Shown: positions 49,522 through 59,795, numbered from the stretch's first letter. The stretch is 64,000 nt of DNA from a virus (IMGVR_UViG_2630968701_000002), one strand, 5' to 3'. Numbers and translations: made by a program. Notes: a model not told the origin generated them from the letters alone.

Positions 49522-50748
49522 ATGAACACACTTTACGTCGGTATTGATGTAAGCAGCAAATCCAATGTCATTTACTTAATGCTTCCAAATGGTGATAAGC
49601 ACAGTAATTTTTCTGTTGCAAACTCACACGAAGGTTCCACCCAGTTGGTAAAAAGAATTCTTTCTGCTTTAACTTCACATTCCCTTGACACGGTTCTAAT
49701 CGGTCTTGAAGCAACCTCTGTTTATGGAGACAATCTCGTGTACTTCTTAAGAGAAGATGCCACTCTGGCGCCGTTTAACAGAAAGATTCATGTCCTCAAT
49801 CCTAAGCAGGTCAAAAAGTTTCATGACGCTTATAATGACCTTCCAAAGAATGATTATGTGGACTCTTTTGTTATTGCCGACTGCCTGCGTTTCGGTAGAA
49901 TCAACAAAGAGGTATATATGGGAGACTATCGTTACAAAGCTCTCCAGAACCTCACTCGGGCACGTTTCTTCGCTGTTCAAAATCTGGTAAAAGAAAAGCA
50001 GCGATTTATGAATGTGCTGTTCAAGAAGTATTCTACGATGACGCAGGAGAAGGTCTTCAGCGATACCTTCAGCACTACCGCCCTTGCTGTCTACGATGAA
50101 TTTGAATCCGCAGAAGCACTGGCAAATATGGACTTACATGAGCTTACTGACTTTATCATTGAAAAAGGAAAGAATCGTTTTCCTGATCCTGATGCAGTAG
50201 CCAAAGCCATACAGAAAGCTGCCCGCAGTTCTTACCGTTTACCAAAAACGGTAAATGATTCTGTCAATCAGGTGCTTTCCATATCCATAACCTCCATGAA
50301 GGCATTGGAATCTCAAATAAAAGAGTTCGATAAAGCTATTAAAGCCCAAATGGAACTCTTGCCAAACGTATTGATATCCATTCCGGGTATCGGACCTGTT
50401 TATTCAGCCGGAATCATGGCTGAAATCGGCGATATCAATCGTTTTAACAGTCAGGCTGCTCTTGCTAAATATGCAGGACTTGCCTGGAAGCAACACCAGT
50501 CCGGTGGCTTCGAGTCCGAAGTTACACGGCTCATTCCATCCGGCAACCGATTTTTAAAGTACTATCTGTGTGAAGCTGCATTTTCTCTTGTAAGATGCGA
50601 CAAGGAATACAGCGACTTCTACCGCCTCAAATATAAAGAGGTAAACAGATGCCAACACAAACGTGCACTCGCATTAACTGCCCGTAAATTTGTGCGCTTA
50701 GTCTTTCGACTGCTGAAAGACAATCGCCTATACTGTCCAGCAAAGTAG
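49522..50748 (+). CDS. IS110-family transposase (DEDD)
   Basis: MNTLYVGIDVSSKS at the N-terminus. C-terminal IPGIGPVYSAGIMAEIGDINRFNSQAALAKYAGL. AAGGTG RBS. Confidence 0.85.
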   Translation: MNTLYVGIDVSSKSNVIYLMLPNGDKHSNFSVANSHEGSTQLVKRILSALTSHSLDTVLIGLEATSVYGDNLVYFLREDATLAPFNRKIHVLNPKQVKKFHDAYNDLPKNDYVDSFVIADCLRFGRINKEVYMGDYRYKALQNLTRARFFAVQNLVKEKQRFMNVLFKKYSTMTQEKVFSDTFSTTALAVYDEFESAEALANMDLHELTDFIIEKGKNRFPDPDAVAKAIQKAARSSYRLPKTVNDSVNQVLSISITSMKALESQIKEFDKAIKAQMELLPNVLISIPGIGPVYSAGIMAEIGDINRFNSQAALAKYAGLAWKQHQSGGFESEVTRLIPSGNRFLKYYLCEAAFSLVRCDKEYSDFYRLKYKEVNRCQHKRALALTARKFVRLVFRLLKDNRLYCPAK

Positions 50749-50912
50749 ATTCCATCTACTTGCTGATGAGCTACGCCCTGTTCATTTTTAAAAATTTGAA
50801 CGACAGGGCTTAGGTGGATGTTTTTTGTCTTCATGAGATATATACAAAAATATATGTTTTTTGTGTTATTTATCTCTTGACATCACACCGCTGGACTATT
50901 TCTGCAAAAATT

Positions 50913-51701
50913 TTAAAACTCATCCCATTCTTCATCAATGATCAATCCAAAAGCAGGATGATATTCTGCTTCGCATATGACGTGTTTTTCATAAATCCTA
51001 TATCCTTTTTGCAAAACATATTTTACTGGAAATGGGCATTCAAACATATCTAAATCGCCGTCTTCAATTGCTTCATTTAATTTACATTCCGGGATTGCCA
51101 TAATAGAGTGTCCACAGTCTGGAAAATAATAATTAAATTCTCTTAATTCTTCTGGCAAACCTTTGTAATTATCTTTTCGAACTCCTGAAAGCCCTTCAAC
51201 ACTTCTACGAATTGTGTTTGATTCAGCTTTTTCTTCTGACGCTTCATTGACTGAGTCATCATCAAAGATTGACCAAGCTAGTGTTCTACAGAAATCTCCG
51301 GACCAATCTGTAATTACAAAACAAAATGGAGTTGGGATATCCATTATGAATGGAAGCTTTGGATGACACTCTCCTAATTCTTTTCCAGTCAACTCTTTTT
51401 GAGCGTCATTAATCGCTTTCATAGCAAATGATAATCCAGTTTCGTCCTTACAACCTACTGTTGTCAACAACACAATATCTTCACCTTTAGCTTCTATCAT
51501 GACTGTTGCAGAATAAAAGGATCCATCGGCCACAATGTGCAATTTTGTTTCGTCCATGAATGGAACTGTGTAATTACATGAAATACCTCTTTCGAATTTA
51601 ATAAGCTCTCTTACTCGAATTCTTATTTCTTTTTCGACTTCATTCGAATATGATTTCCGCATATGCCCTGTCATCAGTGTATAATGATGTATATATTCCA
51701 T
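50913..51701 (-). CDS. hypothetical protein
   Basis: 262-aa ORF. Confidence 0.45.
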   Translation of the reverse strand: MEYIHHYTLMTGHMRKSYSNEVEKEIRIRVRELIKFERGISCNYTVPFMDETKLHIVADGSFYSATVMIEAKGEDIVLLTTVGCKDETGLSFAMKAINDAQKELTGKELGECHPKLPFIMDIPTPFCFVITDWSGDFCRTLAWSIFDDDSVNEASEEKAESNTIRRSVEGLSGVRKDNYKGLPEELREFNYYFPDCGHSIMAIPECKLNEAIEDGDLDMFECPFPVKYVLQKGYRIYEKHVICEAEYHPAFGLIIDEEWDEF

Positions 51702-52249
51702 TATTTATCTACCTTAACCCTTCTCATTTCTCGCTGTTCTTTTTTATATTGTTCAATAGCTTCAAGTGCATCTTCAGTATAGCAGAAGTCAAATTTTTTG
51801 GCAAAATTATTTACTGATCGATAATGAGCAACAGGTATTTCTACGCATCCCTTTTCACGATTATATCGGCTATTTATAATTTTTCTGGATGCATTGTAAA
51901 TTTCGTTGTTTCTTCCACTCCAGTGTAATGCCAGAACTTTATTTTTGGAATCATATTCAATCCATCTTGTTCTTTCTTTTTCATAATCACCTGTAATTGC
52001 TTTTTCTGTAATTTCAGCATCGTGAATACAAATTGCATATCCATTTCTTAATAATTCATGGCCAATTTCAGCTGCTCGATCAGGATATTTTCCAGTTTCT
52101 TCATTCAAACGACGATACCAGCAGCAATCATCTTCATTCCATCTATAGCCTTTTGTCTTAGCCAAATCGATGAAATCCTGATTCTTCAGATAAAACAGAC
52201 ATATTTTATCAAGTTTCTTAACGATTTCTACAACGCCTTTATACTGCAA
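51701..52249 (-). CDS. hypothetical protein
   Basis: 182-aa ORF. Confidence 0.45.
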   Translation of the reverse strand: MQYKGVVEIVKKLDKICLFYLKNQDFIDLAKTKGYRWNEDDCCWYRRLNEETGKYPDRAAEIGHELLRNGYAICIHDAEITEKAITGDYEKERTRWIEYDSKNKVLALHWSGRNNEIYNASRKIINSRYNREKGCVEIPVAHYRSVNNFAKKFDFCYTEDALEAIEQYKKEQREMRRVKVDK

Positions 52250-52710
52250 ATCTTCTGGGGCAACAGCATCAATATCAATAATTCTTTCTCTGCGTTCCTT
52301 TTCTTTTTAGTTCGTTCATATTTAGTTAAAAACTCTCTTTTGCTGTTGAATCGATCTAAATCTAACCAGAAAGAAGCTACTGTTTCGTTTTCAATCATTT
52401 CCTGTGCCGTCCTATTATTTTCAAATTCATTATAAAAATCCAATCGAATTGTATTTGCCCATGCCACTTGCTTTTCTGATCCTGTTAGTTCTGGGAATCC
52501 ATATTCTTTTGACAGCACCTCAGAGTTTTTATTTTCTTCTACAATCTGTTGTTCTCTTTCTTTTTTCGCACATTGTGGACATAGATGAGAAAAAGCATAA
52601 TCTATTTTTCGTTGCCTATCACGCATTTTTCCAATCACATTTACTACGCCATCGTGTCCACAAGCATAGGTTCCTTCATATTTTGCCATATTCAGATTCT
52701 TCCTTTCCAA
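52228..52710 (-). CDS. hypothetical protein with zinc-ribbon-like Cys pairs
   Basis: YACGHDG...HLCPQCAKKE. Confidence 0.4.
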   Translation of the reverse strand: MERKNLNMAKYEGTYACGHDGVVNVIGKMRDRQRKIDYAFSHLCPQCAKKEREQQIVEENKNSEVLSKEYGFPELTGSEKQVAWANTIRLDFYNEFENNRTAQEMIENETVASFWLDLDRFNSKREFLTKYERTKKKRNAEKELLILMLLPQKICSIKAL

Positions 52711-52930
52711 AATGTCTTTCAGCGATTTCTACAAAAAACTGTTTTTCAACAATATCCATAATCATAATGAAATCTAAGTATCCGTCCGGATAAAGTTCGC
52801 TTTTATACATTCTAGCATATTTTACGAAACTTTCGCATCTTTTCCCAGTTTTCTTTGATTCGGTATAATCCTGCCATATGAGGTTTAAGTCATCCTCACT
52901 CACTTTGTCAAAAAGCCTATATATGTTCAT
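52676..52930 (-). CDS. hypothetical small protein
   Basis: 84-aa ORF. Confidence 0.4.
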   Translation of the reverse strand: MNIYRLFDKVSEDDLNLIWQDYTESKKTGKRCESFVKYARMYKSELYPDGYLDFIMIMDIVEKQFFVEIAERHFGKEESEYGKI

Positions 52931-53053
52931 GACTATATCACACCTTTCTTAGTAATATCTTCTTACTACAAATATGAAAGAAATCCAAGAAACAAAAAAT
53001 CACATATAAAAAAAGAAGCTCATTCATGAGCTCCCAATATATTATTCCATTCT

Positions 53054-53545
53054 TTACAATAACCTTTTTTCTTTTAAAGTATACAACGCTTCTTTACATC
53101 CATATTTCTGAACCCATGTTTTTAAAACAAGATTAGAAAGATCGATCTGCGCAACATAAATATCGTTCTTTAGAATCATAAGGTCGTGCACAAAATAATC
53201 TCCAACCCATCCATTTAACAAGGATTCATCCACATCCAAAATACAAGGAGTGATTTCATAATCAAATCCCGTGATATATAGTTTGCGGTCATCTTTTAAA
53301 AGTGACTTTAATGATTTCATAACATTTTTTACTAAATGATTCTTTTCTTTATCTTCTGAAAGTATTGTATTTGAAGAGGAATTTAATCTGCGATCTTTGA
53401 TTTTTTCTAATCTTCTCGCAATTTCAATTTCCTGCTGTAATTCTTCTAAGCGACTTGCTGCTTCTCCACAAATACAAGCCTGTTCTCCTAATTTCGATGA
53501 CTTTTCCAAAATTCTTAATTCTTTGATCAGTTCTTTTGTTTCCAT
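53054..53545 (-). CDS. hypothetical protein
   Basis: 163-aa ORF. Confidence 0.45.
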   Translation of the reverse strand: METKELIKELRILEKSSKLGEQACICGEAASRLEELQQEIEIARRLEKIKDRRLNSSSNTILSEDKEKNHLVKNVMKSLKSLLKDDRKLYITGFDYEITPCILDVDESLLNGWVGDYFVHDLMILKNDIYVAQIDLSNLVLKTWVQKYGCKEALYTLKEKRLL

Positions 53546-53546
53546 C

Positions 53547-53945
53547 TTACTCTACCTCCTCAATTTTGATCTTGTCATTATATAATTGTTTTCCTGTAGC
53601 GGATAACACAAATCTGTTTTTCTTGATATTAGCCAGAATCCTGTCATATTCTCTCAACACATTTTTTAGATAGTTCCCGAATTCTTTCTTTGCTTTATTA
53701 ATGTCATCTTCTGTACTATAAAAATACAGCACGTCCCCATCCAAAAACAAAGAATTATCTCGTTCCCACTCTTTCTGTTTGTTTAGTACTTTTTCCATTT
53801 CATTTTTCGCAAGATTATTAGAATCATTGTATTCAAAACAATTACTAGAAGAAGCATTTAATTTATAAGAAGTCCTGCCATCCGTTACTTCATATTTTTT
53901 CACTTTAATCTTGCCAACAACAAGCTTATATTCATATAAATTCAT
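53547..53945 (-). CDS. hypothetical protein
   Basis: 132-aa ORF. Confidence 0.45.
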   Translation of the reverse strand: MNLYEYKLVVGKIKVKKYEVTDGRTSYKLNASSSNCFEYNDSNNLAKNEMEKVLNKQKEWERDNSLFLDGDVLYFYSTEDDINKAKKEFGNYLKNVLREYDRILANIKKNRFVLSATGKQLYNDKIKIEEVE

Positions 53946-53954
53946 AAAAACACC

Positions 53955-54692
53955 TCACTCTTTTTGATCTTTTCGAAAAATCAAACCATAAATTTTAATT
54001 TCATCCATGAAATTTGAATAACCAAGATCCTCACAACACATAGATACTTCACAATACCCACAAGTATTTTCATGAATTTGATCATACAGTTCTTCTTTTT
54101 CTTCTTCAGAAGCATTTCCAGATCTTACTTTTTCGTATTCTGTTTGATCAATCCAACATGTATCTCCAGAAGCACAAGCTGATATTTTCAACATGCATTT
54201 TCCAACCTTATGTTCTACAAGCATATCAATAATCTGTTTCCATTGATCATCAGTTAATTCCATTGTTTTGTATTCTGTATTGTCATATTCAGCAACTTCT
54301 TGTGAGGTATTGTTGAATTCCGTCTCTGCTAAATCTTTGTATAAAGCATTTAAGTTCCGCATTCGAGCAACAAATCCATCAAATTCATAAATTTGTTCTT
54401 TTGTCAAGAACGTCAATTCGTTTAAAAATGGATAATGTATTGCAGCTCCATTTTCTTTGATTAAGCCTCTTCGGATTTCTATGTATAAAGCTTCTCTTAT
54501 TTTCATGTCATCGATAGAAAGCAAAAACGTTTCTCTCAGTAATATCTTATCTTCTAATGACATTTCCTTGATTTGATCAATAGTTAATGTATCCAAATTC
54601 TCATGAATTCTTTTTCGATGCTGTTCTTCCATCTGATACAACTTATCAAGTTTTTCTTTTTCTTCTAATAACGTATTTAATAGGTTATTCAT
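53955..54692 (-). CDS. hypothetical protein with Cys-rich C-terminus
   Basis: CMLKISACASGDTCW...CGYCEVSMCCEDLGY. Confidence 0.45.
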   Translation of the reverse strand: MNNLLNTLLEEKEKLDKLYQMEEQHRKRIHENLDTLTIDQIKEMSLEDKILLRETFLLSIDDMKIREALYIEIRRGLIKENGAAIHYPFLNELTFLTKEQIYEFDGFVARMRNLNALYKDLAETEFNNTSQEVAEYDNTEYKTMELTDDQWKQIIDMLVEHKVGKCMLKISACASGDTCWIDQTEYEKVRSGNASEEEKEELYDQIHENTCGYCEVSMCCEDLGYSNFMDEIKIYGLIFRKDQKE

Positions 54693-54768
54693 AGGTTTTC
54701 TCCTTTATTTATTAATACTGCGTTCGGAGACTCGTGACTTTAGTCGTGAGAGGAGAACGCAGAGATTT

Positions 54769-56292
54769 TTATGACACAAAGACCAGACCCTGATTGTGAA
54801 CAACGATCTTGCATTTCTTTGCAGGGAAATCCTTGTCTCTCATTCCAACCGCCTGAAGATATTGTCCATTGCTATGCTGTCCACGCATGACATATCGAAC
54901 GCCTTGATAATAAAAGACAGCTCCTGGCATGAGACGATCCAGACGATTGTAACGCCGGATACTTTTCTTGACTTTTAACTGACTGATCATTTTTCTGGTC
55001 TGTTCTTCTCCATATCTCTCAACCTGTCGTTTTCTCCATCCCTGAAGAGAATCGTCCTTTTGTCCTTCCGCTTTTTTGCGGTTCTTGGCAATTTTCTTTC
55101 CTTCATGATAGTATGCACGAGAGGTCTGAGCTTTGATCCGGCTGCGATCCTGTCTGCGGAATTGCAGGATCTCATGCACATGATCGAACTCTGGGGCTTT
55201 CTCTGGGACATGCTGTAAAGCAAGAACTGCGATACACCAGGCATCGACCTCATGCAGCTGCTCTTCTTTTGTCTTATGATATCCAAGGGATCTTCGGACC
55301 ATGGAGGTATCTCGTCCAGAACAGTAATGAACATGTTCCTTCCCGAATTCCTGTTCCAGTCGTTTGCAGATAAATGGAATCGCCTGATTTAAGACACTGA
55401 CCGCTGCATAACGTTTGTTCAGCCCAGCTTTCTTTTTCTTCAGACGGTCCTCAAATCTTGCATCTTTATGGACTCTCTCATGACATTTGCAGCATAATCC
55501 TGCGATGTTTCCGATCGTGTTGGACCCTTGCATACTCCGTGGTACGATATGATGCCGGTGCTCGATCGGACTGTTACACATTAAACAGTGCCCATCCTGC
55601 AGATCTTCAATGGCTACGTTCAAGTCATCATAACCCTTTAACGGTCCATTCTGGAAATCGACACCACTGATGCTCGGATCTTCCAGAGATAGAAAAGCGA
55701 ACCGGTTGATCTCGATCGCGACATCGGTGATCGGCAGGAATTTCTGCATTTTATGGATCAGATTGATGTGTGTCCGCACCAGATGTTCCGCACTTGGTGT
55801 CAGCCATCCATCTTCTCGTTTTCGATTGCAAAACTTGGCTTCTGTGTTCTTGATCACATTGCATCGTACTCGTTTATCTTTTCCATACATCGGAAGTTTT
55901 CGCATCAGGAATCCAGTCTTGATCATCGTATGACATTTCTTGGCTAGTCGCTGTCTTGCCTTTCGTTCTCCATTTCTGGAAGCTCTGCGATGCTGCTTTC
56001 GTTTTTCCATCAGTTTAACGATCTCTTTATTTCTCGTTTGCACAACCGCTGCGGATAATAGTTCTCCACTCAGAGATACCACGGCCATTCCAATATTAGA
56101 ACGTCCAGGATCTTCTGCGATCGTGACTGGCTGCAAGACTGGTTTGTTTTCATAAGTTAACTGTATCGTAAAAGGGATCTGCCGGAAGACGCGTGCTCTT
56201 CCTGCCTGTAACAGTTTTTCGACATGTCTCTTTCGTTTTGTAGGCATCTGTGGATCTCCATCCATGCCTAAGACATAAATATATTCTGACAT
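54769..56292 (-). CDS. iscB: IscB (OMEGA RNA-guided nuclease)
   Basis: Start MSEYIYVLGMDGDPQMPT (PLMP-type) with GGAGG RBS. RuvC-I EDPGRSNIGMAVV. HNH CLMCNSPIEHRHHIVP...CCKCHERVH. 507 aa. Confidence 0.8.
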   Translation of the reverse strand: MSEYIYVLGMDGDPQMPTKRKRHVEKLLQAGRARVFRQIPFTIQLTYENKPVLQPVTIAEDPGRSNIGMAVVSLSGELLSAAVVQTRNKEIVKLMEKRKQHRRASRNGERKARQRLAKKCHTMIKTGFLMRKLPMYGKDKRVRCNVIKNTEAKFCNRKREDGWLTPSAEHLVRTHINLIHKMQKFLPITDVAIEINRFAFLSLEDPSISGVDFQNGPLKGYDDLNVAIEDLQDGHCLMCNSPIEHRHHIVPRSMQGSNTIGNIAGLCCKCHERVHKDARFEDRLKKKKAGLNKRYAAVSVLNQAIPFICKRLEQEFGKEHVHYCSGRDTSMVRRSLGYHKTKEEQLHEVDAWCIAVLALQHVPEKAPEFDHVHEILQFRRQDRSRIKAQTSRAYYHEGKKIAKNRKKAEGQKDDSLQGWRKRQVERYGEEQTRKMISQLKVKKSIRRYNRLDRLMPGAVFYYQGVRYVMRGQHSNGQYLQAVGMRDKDFPAKKCKIVVHNQGLVFVS

Positions 56293-56520
56293 CCTTGATG
56301 CCTCCTTTCTTTTTTTTGGTGTCATGTAGTCTCTCAGGGATCAACGGGATCCCCGCCTCGGTGGTAAGCCTGTACATGACGAATTTTTGGTCTTCTTAAA
56401 CTTGGTGTCAGCTTGACAAGGTCTGGAACTAGAGAATCCCAGAGTGTCCACTTTCCAAAGAAGATCGCTGACATCTTGTTTCTGCTCATTAACGCACTAA
56501 CTAATTCACAAAACTTCTGC
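56293..56520 (-). ncRNA. candidate IscB-2 omega RNA
   Basis: GC-rich, structured 230-nt non-coding region between the element end and the iscB start. Confidence 0.4.
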
Positions 56521-56543
56521 AAGCTCGTGACTTTAGTCATGAG

Positions 56544-56969
56544 TTAATTGACTTCATCCATGTCATGCAGCAATTGGTCATACTGTTCTTTTATGTAACA
56601 AAACTCTCTTTTGTAATAATCAAGTTCTTTTTTCATTTTTTTTACTTTATCGGGCGTTAATTTTGTCTGTCTATACAGTAATAGCTCATTTAATGCCATT
56701 ATTGTTACTTTATTCAAATAAGTATTATCAGCAGCTCTGTATCTATCTAGTGCATTTTTGATAGCATCATCATTAAGATTCACGTCTAATAGTTCTGCAT
56801 CCTTATTTGAGATATCGTACTGAGTAACGCCCAGCATTCTTGCAATTCCTGTTACGGTTTCTTTATATGCTAATAATTCTTGTAAACATTTTTCTGTCTG
56901 TAGACTGTCTTCATATTCTTTGTAATATTCAATCAGCTCTTCAATTTTTTCTTTCGGTGTTTCTGTCAT
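56544..56969 (-). CDS. hypothetical protein
   Basis: 141-aa ORF. The IS end follows its stop directly. Confidence 0.45.
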   Translation of the reverse strand: MTETPKEKIEELIEYYKEYEDSLQTEKCLQELLAYKETVTGIARMLGVTQYDISNKDAELLDVNLNDDAIKNALDRYRAADNTYLNKVTIMALNELLLYRQTKLTPDKVKKMKKELDYYKREFCYIKEQYDQLLHDMDEVN

Positions 56970-57144
56970 TTCTCCATTCTCCTTCTATCCCAAGATGAAA
57001 CATTTACATTTTCTTCTTTATTTAAATATGCGAGATTTTTCAAAAGATATTTTTCATATATAAGATTTTAAATGATAGAACTGGCTGATATTAACAAAAA
57101 AAAACAGACTAGCGATTGAACAACTAATCTGTTTTTGGTATTTT

Positions 57145-57822
57145 TCAATCATTGTCTTTTAAGATTGCCAAGAGATCAACAAAAAGATTGATCAGATCCA
57201 AATAGATATCTGCACCAAAAATAATCGCATTTGCTACCGTATGAGATACACGCTGCGCAGCTACAAAATCATGTCCGATATATAAAGAAAATACGATCGC
57301 TGAAATCCATGTTACAATTCCAGAATTTAAGTCTGCAAAAAAGCATACAATATACGCAATGATAATGCCTAACAATGCAACAAAAAGCATTCTTCCAATT
57401 CCCAGAAAAAATTTAGGAAAAATAGAGCTAAGAACGACCATGCAAACAGTAATAATCGTTGTAATGATCAATGTTTCTAATACAATATCAGATTTTCCAA
57501 CATAATCATTTAAGGTTGTAGATAATGTTGCACCACACGGAATTATCAACATATTGTAGCCTATGAATTTCAAAATTATCGACTTACAAAATGTCAATAC
57601 AGCAATCCCTATAATTGCGATAATCAGATATCCAATTAACAATACTTTTACTGGAGTCTTTGCTACATAATCTCCGAAAAACGCACATGTAATAAGATTT
57701 ATCAACAAGCCATATAGTACAATGGCTCCGATCAGCAAATTATATGTTCCCTCATTTAGATATATATTTTCTAATTTTGAACTAAATTTTATATCCATTT
57801 TTCTACCGCTTTTTATTTTCAT
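57145..57822 (-). CDS. multi-pass membrane protein
   Basis: 225 aa with about 5-6 hydrophobic helices. Confidence 0.45.
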   Translation of the reverse strand: MKIKSGRKMDIKFSSKLENIYLNEGTYNLLIGAIVLYGLLINLITCAFFGDYVAKTPVKVLLIGYLIIAIIGIAVLTFCKSIILKFIGYNMLIIPCGATLSTTLNDYVGKSDIVLETLIITTIITVCMVVLSSIFPKFFLGIGRMLFVALLGIIIAYIVCFFADLNSGIVTWISAIVFSLYIGHDFVAAQRVSHTVANAIIFGADIYLDLINLFVDLLAILKDND

Positions 57823-58273
57823 TCCTGATATCTCCTATATTATCTTTCTCACGTTCTCCTGCAATTTTCATGGCCAATGCATTTTGCAGCACTTTTGAAC
57901 AGCTAATTCCATATTTTTTAACCTCATCGTCCATCCAAGCAGGAATTGTACAGTCTTTTCTAACAGACTTATTTTTCAACCGGATTAGATAAGATTCCGT
58001 ATTAATATCAACATAGATCATGATTCCCTTTAAATCACCATCACCATATTCTTTAAAAACCTCGATGAACCCTTCTTCATAAGTCATTGGAATAGGAATT
58101 TCTTTTTTATCCAATTCCAGATCTGCCACTTTTAAAGAAATTGCATCTCTTGCCATTTGAATCGCATCATATAGATCAGTTCCTTCTGTATGGATTTCAA
58201 GTCCTGGGACATACACCAAGAATCCATTTCCTTTTGTATCTTCTGTTAGAAAAACAGGGTATGCTTCTTTCAT
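57803..58273 (-). CDS. hicB: HicB-like antitoxin-fold protein
   Basis: MKEAYPVFLTEDTKGNGFLVYVPGLEIHTEGTDLYDAIQMARDAISLKV is a UPF0150/HicB-like N-terminus. RHH-like C-terminus (SKVLQNALAMKI). Confidence 0.45.
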   Translation of the reverse strand: MKEAYPVFLTEDTKGNGFLVYVPGLEIHTEGTDLYDAIQMARDAISLKVADLELDKKEIPIPMTYEEGFIEVFKEYGDGDLKGIMIYVDINTESYLIRLKNKSVRKDCTIPAWMDDEVKKYGISCSKVLQNALAMKIAGEREKDNIGDIRNENKKR

Positions 58274-58326
58274 TTTTTCTTTCCTTTCGCGTTCGTTTAA
58301 TATAAATATGATGGATTTTACAATTT

Positions 58327-58749
58327 TTATTTCTCACATATAAAATTCTTCTTCTGCTCATCTGACAATACTTCATTCACAAACATGAAATCACTCAAAA
58401 AATCCCGAATTTTTATTTTTACTTTCATGGACGTATTCGAATCTTTTTCTTTGTCGAATACTCTATCAAGAAAATCATTATGTATGTTTGGATGTGCAAA
58501 GTATTGCTCATCGCAATGAAGAAGATTACAAATTAATGCCATATCAAATTTATCAATCTTCTCATATGGGATTTTATTATTGATGATATTTCTGATCAGG
58601 CATTCATCCATAAAAGTCATCTCTGCCAAAGTAGCAGCATTGATTTCTAACATATCCATTCTTCTCTTCAATGTATTTCCAATATATCTCATATGAATAA
58701 CCTCCTTGTTGTTACAAATATGATAGATTTTATGAGAAAGAAAAATCAC
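58327..58749 (-). CDS. hypothetical protein
   Basis: 140-aa ORF. Confidence 0.4.
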   Translation of the reverse strand: MIFLSHKIYHICNNKEVIHMRYIGNTLKRRMDMLEINAATLAEMTFMDECLIRNIINNKIPYEKIDKFDMALICNLLHCDEQYFAHPNIHNDFLDRVFDKEKDSNTSMKVKIKIRDFLSDFMFVNEVLSDEQKKNFICEK

Positions 58750-58898
58750 ATATAAAAAAGAGAGAAGGTATTACTCTCCTCTCAGTTCCTGTTCCTTTTT
58801 TCTTCTGAAATTACGTATTTTTCGTACAAATGTTTATTTGCATAAAACAAATCTAACATTTGATAAATCTGTTCTAAGGATGTTATTTTCTGAGGCAT

Positions 58899-59795
58899 TT
58901 AGATCACTTCCTTGCTTACCTTTTGAATCAACTTTTCCACAAGAAAATCCATTGTCTCAGATTGTGTATGATTACCCTTTGTATATTCGATTAGCTCCTG
59001 ATCCATTTCCATAAGATCAATGCTTTCTACAAATTTTTCAATCATTTTAAGCTCTTCATTCTCATTGAATTTTGTAAATTCCACTTTGTTACGAAATCTT
59101 CGTTTTAATGCTTTATCAAGAATGTCTTCTCTGTTTGTTGCAGCAATTACAATCTGTCCATGTACAAGATTATCCAGACATTGCATCAGAGATATGACAA
59201 TTCGTCCCATTTCTGCATCTGGGCCGGAATTATGTTGCCTAGCTTGTCCTATACAATCAATCTCATCCAACATCAATACACATTTCATTCCTTTGCAATA
59301 ATCGAAAATTCTTGATAAATTTTGTGCCGTTTTTCCCATATATGAATCAATCAGATTAGAAAAGTTCAAATATGCATATGGAAGCCCCAATTTATATGCA
59401 ACATATCTTGCAAATTCAGTTTTTCCTGTTCCAGGAACCCCATATAGAAGCGTACTATTATGATAGGAAATGCCATATTCCATTAGTCTATCTGATACTT
59501 TTGTTCCTACAAGAATCTGATCATACAGTTTCTGTTGTTTTTCTCCAACATAATATCGATCTTCACGAAATCCGGAAACATCTTCTAATGACATATAGGC
59601 TTGAAGATTTGGAGGAAGTTCCATAAATGTTGAGTTTCCATTTTCTAAAAGTTTTTGATAGTAATTAAGATTCGCTGCGTTCTTTTTTGTTGTATCATTT
59701 TTGCAGCATACGATCGCTGCATTTTTCGCATCCTGTATTTTATTTTTCGCCAAACATTCAATAACTGAAAGCATGTTATTATCTAATCCTGCCAT
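58899..59795 (-). CDS. AAA+ ATPase
   Basis: Walker A LLYGVPGTGKTEFA. Walker B VLMLDEIDCIG. Sensor IAATNRED. Confidence 0.7.
   Translation of the reverse strand: MAGLDNNMLSVIECLAKNKIQDAKNAAIVCCKNDTTKKNAANLNYYQKLLENGNSTFMELPPNLQAYMSLEDVSGFREDRYYVGEKQQKLYDQILVGTKVSDRLMEYGISYHNSTLLYGVPGTGKTEFARYVAYKLGLPYAYLNFSNLIDSYMGKTAQNLSRIFDYCKGMKCVLMLDEIDCIGQARQHNSGPDAEMGRIVISLMQCLDNLVHGQIVIAATNREDILDKALKRRFRNKVEFTKFNENEELKMIEKFVESIDLMEMDQELIEYTKGNHTQSETMDFLVEKLIQKVSKEVI

Larger units (their letters stand above)
49200..50890 (+). mobile_element. IS110-family insertion sequence (boundaries approximate)
   Basis: GC-rich block inside AT-rich DNA. No terminal inverted repeats, as expected for IS110. A perfect 8-bp-stem palindrome (agatacat...atgtatct) at 49180-49199 abuts the left side. 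Confidence 0.55.
54721..56543 (-). mobile_element. IscB-encoding IS200/IS605-type element (IscB-2)
   Basis: Ends ctgcgttcggagactcgtgactttagtcgtgagaggagaacgcag (54721-54767) and ctcgtgactttagtcatgag (56524-56543). The latter is the reverse complement of the TnpB-A element end ctcatgactaaagtcacgag. GC-rich interior. The element abuts the stop codon of 56544-56969. Confidence 0.65.
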
